A DNA stretch of 64,000 nucleotides, taken from positions 22,076-86,075 of IMG/VR virus record IMGVR_UViG_3300026161_000447; one strand, 5' to 3'. This document shows, in pieces, positions 33,660 to 41,443 of this stretch; position 1 is the stretch's first letter; each line of letters starts with the position of its first letter. The translations under genes and the position numbers were made by a program. Below the pieces are notes generated by a model that searched no databases, was not told where the DNA came from, and saw nothing but the letters and a program-made list of their open reading frames with translations. The DNA comes from a virus (Duplodnaviria > Caudoviricetes).

Positions 33660-35662
33660 GGCTCACCCCGGATGTCGATGGTGATTGCCCGGCTTCGGAT
33701 GTCAATGTGGCCGGGTGGGCGGATGTCGACGGTCAGGTTAGCGGCCCGGATGTCGACCCGTGGGTCCTGCCAGCGGATGTCGACGGCAATCCAGTCGACG
33801 TCGTCGCCCCACGCCCATAGGTACAGTGGGCGCGAGGCGCTGGCGATGGCTGCCGCGTAGCCGCCTAGCGGGCGGGTAACGACTGCCTGCGTTGCCGCCG
33901 TGATCCGCGTGCAGATCTCCGCCGTGGCCTCCTGCAGCACCCACAGCGCCAGCGCCCGCGAGACGCTGGCTCGGCGGTCACTGACGTCCGCCCACAACAC
34001 GACATCCCGGGCGACCGTAGCCTCGGCCGACGCCCAGGCCAGTGCCTGGCGGTCTATGGCCGTGAGCGTCGCCGCCAGGGTCGTCAGATCGCGCTCTGTT
34101 GCCGGCGACGTAGCTCCGTACAGCACCAGCGCCCGCGCCGCAGACGAGAGCGCCCCGGCCGAGAGCTGCAGGACGCGCGTGAGCGATGCCTGCTCCCCGG
34201 CCTCGAGGGAGACCGCCCGCGAGACCTGGGCTTGTGCTCCGGAGTATGCCAGCAGGGCGCGCGTGATGCTGCTGCCCGCCCCGGCCGCCAGCGCGAGGTC
34301 GCGCTCAGCGTCGACACCTGCCCCACCGTCTAGCAGGATGCCGCGCTCCGCCTGGTCTGTGGTCCCTGCGTAGGCCAGGAGGTCACGCGTGGTGTCCGTG
34401 ACCTGTCCGGCGATCGCTGCGACGTCGGCCTCGGCGCTTGGTCCCGTGGCGGCCGTGAGCGCCACGTCCGCCGATGCCGAGGAGACCCCCGCGGCGATGA
34501 CTGCGAGTGCCCGCTCCGCCTGCGGTGCTGTAGCCCCGATGGCAGCCAATGCCCGCTCCGCCTGGGCGCTTGCCGCCGCATAGGCGACGAGGTCCGCTGT
34601 GACCTCCTCGGGAGCCCCGGCCTGCAGCAGCACCGCGCGTGCGGCGGGTACTGCCTGCCCGCCATAGAGAGCCACCAGCCGTGAGACGGTGAGCGGCTCG
34701 CCCGTAGCGTACAGCGCGAGTGCCCGCTCTGCTGCCAGCACCGCCCCGGCCTCGGCCGCAAGCCCCTGCTCCGTGGTCGGAGCCGTGGCTGCGATGGCTG
34801 CCATCGCCCTGCTCGCTGTCTCGGTGCCCTGCGCGTAGAGCGCGAGGTCGCGGTCGACGGCGGAAACCGCTGCAGCGTAGGCGACGAGGTCGGCTGTGAC
34901 CTCCTCGGGTGCCCCGGCCTGCAGCAGCACCGCGCGCGCGGCGGCCACTGCCTGCCCGCCGTACACCGCCACCAGCCGCGAGACCGTGAGCGGATCACCC
35001 GTAGCGTACAGCGCGAGTGCCCGCTCTGCGTCCGCTCCCGCCCCGGCCTCGGCTGCTATCCCGCGCTCCGTGGTCGGAGCCGTGGCTGCGATGGCTGCGA
35101 GCGCCATGCTCACCGACTCCGTGTCCTGCGCGTAGAGCGCGAGATCGCGGTCGACGGCGGAAACCGCTGCAGCGTAGGCGACGAGGTCGGCTGTGACCTC
35201 CTCGGGTGCCCCGGCCTGCAGCAGCAGCGCGTGCATGGCGGACACTGCCTGACCACCGTAGGCAGCCACCAGCCGCGAGACCGTGAGCGGCTCACCCGTA
35301 GCGTACAGCGCGAGTGCCCGCTCTGCTGCCAGCACCGCCCCGGCCTCGGCCGCAAGCCCCTGCTCCGTGGTCGGAGCCGTGGCTGCGATGGCTGCCATCG
35401 CCCTGCTTACCGCCTCTGTGTCCTGGGCGTAGAGCGCGAGGTCGCGGTCTACGGCGGAGACTGCCGCTGCGTAGGCGGCGAGGTCGCGGGCGAGCGTGGA
35501 CGCGGCCCCGGCATTGACTGCCAGCGAGCGGCTGGAGGTGACGGTGGCGGCGGAGTAGAGGACCGTGGTGGTCGAGGCCGTGACCTGCCGCGTTGCCGCC
35601 GGTCCTTGCCGTCTCCGTGGCTCATCAAACAGCAGGAACGCCTCGCGCCTCAGGAGTCCCAT
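33656..35662 (-). CDS. Ala-rich repetitive fibre/solenoid-like protein
   Basis: 14-aa subrepeats throughout; 3 x 99-aa macro-repeats; C-terminal xDIR repeats. Confidence 0.85.
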   Translation of the reverse strand: MGLLRREAFLLFDEPRRRQGPAATRQVTASTTTVLYSAATVTSSRSLAVNAGAASTLARDLAAYAAAVSAVDRDLALYAQDTEAVSRAMAAIAATAPTTEQGLAAEAGAVLAAERALALYATGEPLTVSRLVAAYGGQAVSAMHALLLQAGAPEEVTADLVAYAAAVSAVDRDLALYAQDTESVSMALAAIAATAPTTERGIAAEAGAGADAERALALYATGDPLTVSRLVAVYGGQAVAAARAVLLQAGAPEEVTADLVAYAAAVSAVDRDLALYAQGTETASRAMAAIAATAPTTEQGLAAEAGAVLAAERALALYATGEPLTVSRLVALYGGQAVPAARAVLLQAGAPEEVTADLVAYAAASAQAERALAAIGATAPQAERALAVIAAGVSSASADVALTAATGPSAEADVAAIAGQVTDTTRDLLAYAGTTDQAERGILLDGGAGVDAERDLALAAGAGSSITRALLAYSGAQAQVSRAVSLEAGEQASLTRVLQLSAGALSSAARALVLYGATSPATERDLTTLAATLTAIDRQALAWASAEATVARDVVLWADVSDRRASVSRALALWVLQEATAEICTRITAATQAVVTRPLGGYAAAIASASRPLYLWAWGDDVDWIAVDIRWQDPRVDIRAANLTVDIRPPGHIDIRSRAITIDIRGEP
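34571..35485. repeat. Three tandem 297-bp near-identical repeats
   Basis: Anchors recur at 297-bp spacing (TAGGCGACGAGGTC at 34581, 34878, 35175). Confidence 0.95.
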
Positions 35663-36669
35663 CAGCTATCCCTGCCCACGATCTGGTACCACGTGCGGGT
35701 TGCGCCACCAATGGTCGCGCTCGCCTTGACCACGTAGGCCGCCCCGTCGACCATGCGGTTGGTCGTCTCGTCGTAGCGCCACATGCCGAGCGATGCGATC
35801 TGCGTCATTGCGGACTCGGCTACGAGGTCCCCTCCGTCCGCTACCTTGATGACCTGCACCTTTGGGTCGGTGATCCCGGCGGTGATCGGCTGGCTGTTGA
35901 GGTACCAGACCACCACATAGCGGTCTGCCCCCGCCCCGTCGTCGTCGATCACGTCGACCTTGGCCTGGTAGGTGTTGGTGTCATCCGCGAGGGCCGCCGC
36001 GTCGATGGCGTCGTCGGCGATGCTGGCCGCGGTGATGCCACCGGATGCGACGCTACCAACAGCGCCGGCGACACTCGCCACCGCCCCCACGTTGACCTGA
36101 TTCGCAGCCGGGCCCGCCAAATAGCCGACCGTAAAGTCGGTGCCGTTAGCGGGGTTCGTCTCCCAGTTCGGCGCCACTGACGCGACCTTGGTGCTCCCGT
36201 TGTAGTCCGTGATGATCCGCGCCTGCCCTGCGCCGGTGTGGTCATCGGTGCGGACGATCATGCCGTTGTAGTAGTCGTTGACGGCGCTGGCGTTGGCGTC
36301 CAGCGTGATGGTCCCGTTGGCCCCGGCCTGGGCTGTCCCAGTCCGCACCGCCACAATACGCTGGGGTCGGATGTCGAGCATCAGCGTCACGCAGTTGGCC
36401 GACTTGACTTGCACCAACACGTCGTCGGCCGTCATCTCCGCCGCCGTCAGCGTGATGTACCCGAGCGCCGAGTCGGTGGCGCCCCCGACCTCCTTGGCCA
36501 GCGTGACCTCGTTGGTGGCGTCCGCGAAGGTCCCGTTGTCCTTGCTTACCTCGGTGTCGAGGCTCGTTGGGGCCAGGCTGGTGCCGTCGCTCTTCCGGAA
36601 GGCGCAGCGCAGGCTGAACAGGGCGCCGTAGATCGGCGGGAGCTGGCTGTGGGTCACGCTGTTTGCCAC
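35662..36669 (-). CDS. Putative tail-associated structural protein
   Basis: DTEVSKDNG.FADATNE...LTAAEMTAD and GTAQAG..TITLDA.ASA.ND.YNG...GAGQARIITDY.GSTKVA modules typical of phage virion proteins. Confidence 0.8.
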   Translation of the reverse strand: MANSVTHSQLPPIYGALFSLRCAFRKSDGTSLAPTSLDTEVSKDNGTFADATNEVTLAKEVGGATDSALGYITLTAAEMTADDVLVQVKSANCVTLMLDIRPQRIVAVRTGTAQAGANGTITLDANASAVNDYYNGMIVRTDDHTGAGQARIITDYNGSTKVASVAPNWETNPANGTDFTVGYLAGPAANQVNVGAVASVAGAVGSVASGGITAASIADDAIDAAALADDTNTYQAKVDVIDDDGAGADRYVVVWYLNSQPITAGITDPKVQVIKVADGGDLVAESAMTQIASLGMWRYDETTNRMVDGAAYVVKASATIGGATRTWYQIVGRDS

Positions 36670-38202
36670 TCAAAACACCTCCACGCCGGGGGCGTTGCGA
36701 TAGAAGTCCGCCATGAACAGGCGCATGGGCAGGCCGGTGGCCGGCACGGTGATCGAGGCGGCCAGCATTGGTGGCACCGTGCCAGGGCCATAGTCGTAGA
36801 AGTACACACGCGCCATCTTTGACGAGATCTGTCCACGTGTCACTATGGCGAATGCATTGTTCTTTGCCCACCCTCCTCGGCCTACGACCTCGCCCAAGAC
36901 TGCCGCGATGTCGGGTGACGCAGCATACGCAGCACCCACACCGGTTGCCTGCCACGCCACCGAATTGGTCGTCAGCGTCATGCCGTTGTACGTGTCGGAG
37001 TTTGTGAATGTGTCGGCGTCATCGACGTCCTCGCCGTATATGGTGAGCTGCGGATCATCGAAGGAAGCCGTATAGAACCGGAACGAGACGGAGGCGCTAT
37101 CAACCGTCGAGCCCACGTCGATGGGTAGTGTCGTCCAGCGGAACGCCCCCACCCGCACGTTGGTCGAGTTGTTGAGATAGGCGTATTTGTTCGTCAGCGA
37201 GAAACCGGTGCTGGCGCTATTGGCGTCCGCATCATCGCTGCTGGCTCCCACGACCTCATCGGTAATGGCCGCGTCAACCAGCATCGGGTACTGGGCGGTC
37301 AGCAGGTCGGCATAGTCGACGCTCACCAGCGCCAGCGAGTAGTCCCCTCGGCGCTCGAGCGTCAGGCCCGGCTGCCACCGCCGCGGCTCCTCGGCGTTAT
37401 CCCACGCCTCCGGCTCCTGCAGCCAGTACGCCTGCCGCCCGTCTGGCCTCACTGCCGCGAAGCGCCCCGGCCTGTCAACGCTGGTGCCGACGTCGCTGAG
37501 CGAGAACCCGTCCGGCAACTCAGGCACCCACAGATCGCGGAGGCTACTCGCCTCCGGCGTCGCTCCGCCCGTGCAGACCCCCATCGCCATCACCAGCTTG
37601 AGTCCGTCCGTGCTCATCAGCGCCGGCTTCTCTGGCCGCCGGTTGAGCCGCAGCACCTTCCGGCACCCGTCCGGTGTGCGGAGGTACCCGAAATCGATCC
37701 CCGTCCCGAATGCCCCCGGCCACCAGACGCTCCCGGTCTCGTCGGTCACCGGCGCGATTCCGGCCGTCGGCGTCGCCACCAGTCGCCGTGTCCTGTTGTT
37801 CTGCCAGTACAGGGCCAGCGGCGCCATCCGGTACCAGGCCCCGGCTCGCCGGAACTCCCCCACGTAGTGGCGCTTGATGATCCCCAGGCGCCCCACGGGC
37901 AGCTCGTTGTACGCTCGGAACTGGTGCCCCGCCGTCTCGCAGGCCAGGTGCCAGGCCTCGCCCTTGACGGGCAGGAGGCTCATGTCGATATGCCGCCAGG
38001 GCTCATCAGAGTAGGGGTCCAGGCGGTACCTCGTCGGGCCGATGCCGCCGCCGACGCGGTAGCGCGGGCGGCCATCCGAGCTGTCCGCCAGGCGGAACAC
38101 GCTGAACGCCCGGGTGTGCCGGTCGGGCTCCTCGCGCTCGCCGTCTCTCGGCAACATGATGTCGCAGCCCGATGCTGCGATGCGCTCGATCAGGGTCGCC
38201 AT
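36670..38202 (-). CDS. Putative receptor-binding/tail protein with C-terminal DNRLRE/CBM96-like domain
   Basis: SSDDA...AFRW..LPI..GSTV..A.V.F...IYGE..DDA..F...VAW...SPDI..VL.EVV.R.GW..NN..; GGAGG SD. Confidence 0.7.
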   Translation of the reverse strand: MATLIERIAASGCDIMLPRDGEREEPDRHTRAFSVFRLADSSDGRPRYRVGGGIGPTRYRLDPYSDEPWRHIDMSLLPVKGEAWHLACETAGHQFRAYNELPVGRLGIIKRHYVGEFRRAGAWYRMAPLALYWQNNRTRRLVATPTAGIAPVTDETGSVWWPGAFGTGIDFGYLRTPDGCRKVLRLNRRPEKPALMSTDGLKLVMAMGVCTGGATPEASSLRDLWVPELPDGFSLSDVGTSVDRPGRFAAVRPDGRQAYWLQEPEAWDNAEEPRRWQPGLTLERRGDYSLALVSVDYADLLTAQYPMLVDAAITDEVVGASSDDADANSASTGFSLTNKYAYLNNSTNVRVGAFRWTTLPIDVGSTVDSASVSFRFYTASFDDPQLTIYGEDVDDADTFTNSDTYNGMTLTTNSVAWQATGVGAAYAASPDIAAVLGEVVGRGGWAKNNAFAIVTRGQISSKMARVYFYDYGPGTVPPMLAASITVPATGLPMRLFMADFYRNAPGVEVF

Positions 38203-38220
38203 CGGGCAAGCCTCCAGAAC

Positions 38221-38247
38221 CACAAACGGCTCCCTCGATGGGAGCCG
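38221..38247 (-). terminator. Intrinsic terminator
   Basis: 8-bp stem CGGCTCCC/GGGAGCCG followed on the minus strand by TTTGTGGTT. Confidence 0.7.
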
Positions 38248-38276
38248 CCAGATACTCGTCTGTCCGTCCGTCAGAT

Positions 38277-38654
38277 CTACGCCTGTGCCGCCAAGAGCCC
38301 CCTGCGCGTCCAGTTCATTGTCGCCGTATCGCCGCCCGTCTCCTCCTCCGCCTCACCCTCCAGCACATACTCCTCCGGGCTGCCCACGTAGGTAACCAGC
38401 ACCCGGAACTTCCCCCCGGTTGTACCGTCGAGAATCGGTGTCACGTGGAACGCCCCCTCGGCGTCAAACACCGGTAGCGGCCGGTCGGCGAACACCGCAA
38501 GCACCCCCGGGCGGTTGGTGCACTCATCCGCCGAGTGGTCGACCTCGTATTGCAGGCTGTCGCCGGCGCTGGCGCCCGTCATGTCGACGGCAAGCGTGCC
38601 CGTCACCTCCGCTACCAGGTCGCCCTTGCCGATCTCGCAGTTCCAGATAGCCAT
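38277..38654 (-). CDS. Hypothetical beta-rich protein
   Basis: 125 aa; GGGGG SD. Confidence 0.7.
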   Translation of the reverse strand: MAIWNCEIGKGDLVAEVTGTLAVDMTGASAGDSLQYEVDHSADECTNRPGVLAVFADRPLPVFDAEGAFHVTPILDGTTGGKFRVLVTYVGSPEEYVLEGEAEEETGGDTATMNWTRRGLLAAQA

Positions 38655-38664
38655 TGGGGTCCCC

Positions 38665-41301
38665 CTAGATCGCGTAGAACTCGTAGGCCGCGCCGTCCAT
38701 GTACCGCCCCACCAGGTGCGAGGTCGTCACCCGCAGGGCCCTGAACACGCTCTCGCCCGCGCCGAACACCCACAGGGCGCCGCCGAACACCACGAGCTGC
38801 GTGATGGCCGTCAAGTCCGCGAAGTCCTTGTAGAGCTGCCAAAGCCTCGTCGCGTGGTCGTAGCAGTAGAGCTCACCGCCATTGCCGCCCACCCACAGTC
38901 TCCCCTGGCTGTAGGCGACCGCCGCCGGCTCCGTCAGTGCCGTGGCCGTCGCGAAGAGGTCCCACGGCGGACCGGCGAAGACCTTTCCCCCACTGCCCGT
39001 CAGTGCGAACATGACCGTCCCCGCCGCCACCCCGGCGTTCACGTGGGCCTCGCCCGTCGTGAACTGCAGCGTCGTGCCCCTATACACCTTGCCGTCCGCC
39101 GTCCCCACCCACAGGGCGTCGGCTGCCGCCCACAGGCACCGGCAGCCGGCGAAGGCCGAACTCGCCAGCGTCAGGTCGTCGCCGTCAATCGCCCACAGGT
39201 GGCCGGCGCCCGCGGAGTTGTCCGTGCAGGCCCAGACCTTGCCGCCGCTGACCTCGATGTCCGTCATCTGGTGGGGATTGCGGCTGCTGACCTCGATGCC
39301 GTAGGGGGCGTCGGCGGCCGGCGCCCCCGCGCTGTCGAGCTCCTGCACGATCACCACCGGCTGCGGGCTCGCGTCGTCGGTGTTGGCGGCGATGTACAGC
39401 CGATCGCCCAAGACGCGAAAGCCCACCCCCGTGTAGCCCGCGCACCACTCGCCCGTCAGGTCGTACCAGGTCGTTGGCGTCCCCGAGCCCGTCCAGGAGA
39501 GTATCTGCACCGGCGGCCCCGGCAGCATCAGAAGCACGCGGCTCTCACTCACAAGCTGGTGGTCGCAGATCGCCGCGTCGGTCAGAGCGTAGCTGTCCCA
39601 GGACACGAGTGGCGTGAACCGCACGGCCAGGCGGAGATCCTCGCAGGGCTCCCTCAAGAGCTGGAACCTGTCGGGGATGAGGCGCTGGCAGGCGTCGAAG
39701 CCCTCCCACTCACCCCCGATGCAGGCAAAGACGTCGATGGCGTAGTTCTCCTCCGGCGTCGCCCCCTGGGTCGTCGGCACGGTGGCGATGATCCGCCGGA
39801 TCTTGTTGCCGCCCCCCACGATCTTCGCCACGTCCCGCTGCAGCTTGCGGTTTGCCTCCGAGGCCTTTGCACTCACCCACTGGCATTGGCTAAGGGCCAG
39901 GACGTTGGCGGTCGTGACCGTGATCGCCGTGCTGGCGACATTGCCGGAGGTGTCGGTGGCGGTGGCGGTGATTGTGTGCTCGCCGTTGACGAGGTTCCGG
40001 CTGTTGAGACTGTAGGCGCCCTGGAAGCCCGGCGCGCCCCCCGGCTGCCAGCTCTTGACGACCTTGGCGTCAACCGCGAGCTCCACGCGCAGGAGGCCCA
40101 CGTTGTCGCCGGCGGTGACGTTGACGCGCACATCGCCGGTCACCTCGGCTTCATCGGCCGGCTCCGTAATGCTCACGGTGGGGACCGTCGTGTCGGCGGC
40201 GACGCCGTTGTCCACCGTGACGATGATGGCGTCTTCGCCCTCCAGGTCGCCGACGTTGGTGGCCTTGGCGGACAGGACGTGGTTGCCGTCGGACCACGTG
40301 GTGGTGTCAAAGCTGCCGGTGTAGCTGGCCTGGTGGCCGACAATCGGTCGGGTGGCGATGGGCGTGCTGTCCAGGTAGATCGTGAGTGTCTCAAGGTCGA
40401 GGAAGGCGTCTTCGGCGACTACGGTGATGGTGAGATCGCCGTCGACGGTAGCGCCGTTTGCGGGCGCCGCGAAATACACCTGAGGTGGGTACTGCTCGGG
40501 CGTCCCCGTGTCGTTGTTGACGTCTACGGCCACCGAGTCGCTACCGTAGCCGGTGTAGCCGTCGGTCCTGTTGGCGAAGACCTCGATGTAGCCCAGGCCA
40601 TCGGCGAAGGCCCGGGTGTCGACGGCGAAGGTGCCCTCGTATCTGCCGAGGCAGTCGACGTTGACCTCGCTCGTGAGGGGCTTGAGCACCCCCGGGTTGT
40701 CCTTGTCGGGGAGGAGTGTATGCTGGGTGATGCGGGCGGTGAAGGGCTGGTGGTCGAGGGCGATGACGGTGTAGGTGACGTTAACGCGGCCCGCGACCTC
40801 GGCGGCGATAGCCGGTGGCGTGATCTCCGGGCTGGTGATCTCGACGGTGATGTAGCTGAACTCGTGGCCGTTGCCCTCGGTGACGATGGGGGCGGGGGAG
40901 GCGCCGGTTCCCGCAGTCCACGGGTTTCCAGGAAGCGCGGCCCCCGTGGACCCAAAGTAAGCGTCGGACCCGGGTCCTAGGGAGGCCCCCAGTGACCACG
41001 CTCCGGCCATCGTGCTCCACGACAGCCAGTGGTTGTCATCGAGCTTGTAGCAGGGCTGGCCGTTGTAGGTCCCGGCCCCGCTGTAGATCCCGTTGTAGCC
41101 GGCGTCGCCGGCGCCGCTTACCACCCACATCGTTGCCATCGGCTGCGTCCTCTCGGGGTCTGGCTTCGGTGTACTGGTCTCGGCGGAGGGCTTCGCCTTC
41201 GCCCACACCGGCCGCAAGTTTCCGTCAGATGTTCTGGCAATGAGAAAGAACGGCGCGACCAGTGCGCACGCTACGAGGCAGTAGAGTAGCTGCTTCCGCA
41301 T
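38665..41301 (-). CDS. Large protein with N-terminal signal/anchor, three bacterial Ig-like (Big_7-type) domains and C-terminal beta-propeller; second in-frame start at 41139
   Basis: MRKQLLYCLVACALVAPFFLIA; Pro-rich linker; I..PA.GA.V.G..TI.V.A.D...NG.HTI.A.ATD..GN repeats; AAGGAG SD at 41312-41317 and GAGAGGA SD before ATG 41139. Confidence 0.85.
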   Translation of the reverse strand: MRKQLLYCLVACALVAPFFLIARTSDGNLRPVWAKAKPSAETSTPKPDPERTQPMATMWVVSGAGDAGYNGIYSGAGTYNGQPCYKLDDNHWLSWSTMAGAWSLGASLGPGSDAYFGSTGAALPGNPWTAGTGASPAPIVTEGNGHEFSYITVEITSPEITPPAIAAEVAGRVNVTYTVIALDHQPFTARITQHTLLPDKDNPGVLKPLTSEVNVDCLGRYEGTFAVDTRAFADGLGYIEVFANRTDGYTGYGSDSVAVDVNNDTGTPEQYPPQVYFAAPANGATVDGDLTITVVAEDAFLDLETLTIYLDSTPIATRPIVGHQASYTGSFDTTTWSDGNHVLSAKATNVGDLEGEDAIIVTVDNGVAADTTVPTVSITEPADEAEVTGDVRVNVTAGDNVGLLRVELAVDAKVVKSWQPGGAPGFQGAYSLNSRNLVNGEHTITATATDTSGNVASTAITVTTANVLALSQCQWVSAKASEANRKLQRDVAKIVGGGNKIRRIIATVPTTQGATPEENYAIDVFACIGGEWEGFDACQRLIPDRFQLLREPCEDLRLAVRFTPLVSWDSYALTDAAICDHQLVSESRVLLMLPGPPVQILSWTGSGTPTTWYDLTGEWCAGYTGVGFRVLGDRLYIAANTDDASPQPVVIVQELDSAGAPAADAPYGIEVSSRNPHQMTDIEVSGGKVWACTDNSAGAGHLWAIDGDDLTLASSAFAGCRCLWAAADALWVGTADGKVYRGTTLQFTTGEAHVNAGVAAGTVMFALTGSGGKVFAGPPWDLFATATALTEPAAVAYSQGRLWVGGNGGELYCYDHATRLWQLYKDFADLTAITQLVVFGGALWVFGAGESVFRALRVTTSHLVGRYMDGAAYEFYAI

Positions 41302-41323
41302 TATCACCACACTCCTTGTGGAT

Positions 41324-41332
41324 ATTCTACCA
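41324..41332 (-). promoter_or_regulatory. Extended -10 promoter
   Basis: Minus strand TG-G-TAGAAT just upstream of the AAGGAG SD; no recognisable -35. Confidence 0.5.
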
Positions 41333-41368
41333 CCAAGAGCATGGTGAGTGCGTGGTTAGTTCAGAACT

Positions 41369-41402
41369 GGAAAGCCCCCGTAGGATGATCCCCCGGGGGC
41401 TT
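41369..41402 (-). terminator. Intrinsic terminator after the 1146-aa gene
   Basis: 9-bp stem AAGCCCCCG/CGGGGGCTT; short U-run. Confidence 0.6.
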
Positions 41403-41443
41403 GGTTGATACGTCGGCTTCCTGGAAGTTCGTATCCACCCATC

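Noticed and set aside
34571-35485. 297-bp repeats as a CRISPR array or DGR template/variable pair
   Set aside because: In-frame coding repeats with no spacers; no cas or reverse transcriptase gene; differences are not adenine-specific
38515-40980. Long plus-strand ORFs opposite real genes (also 9213-10835, 11435-12952, 47440-49002, 49018-50571, 50495-52540)
   Set aside because: Shadow ORFs from high GC: Arg/Pro/Ser-rich, no motifs, fully overlapping well-supported minus-strand genes
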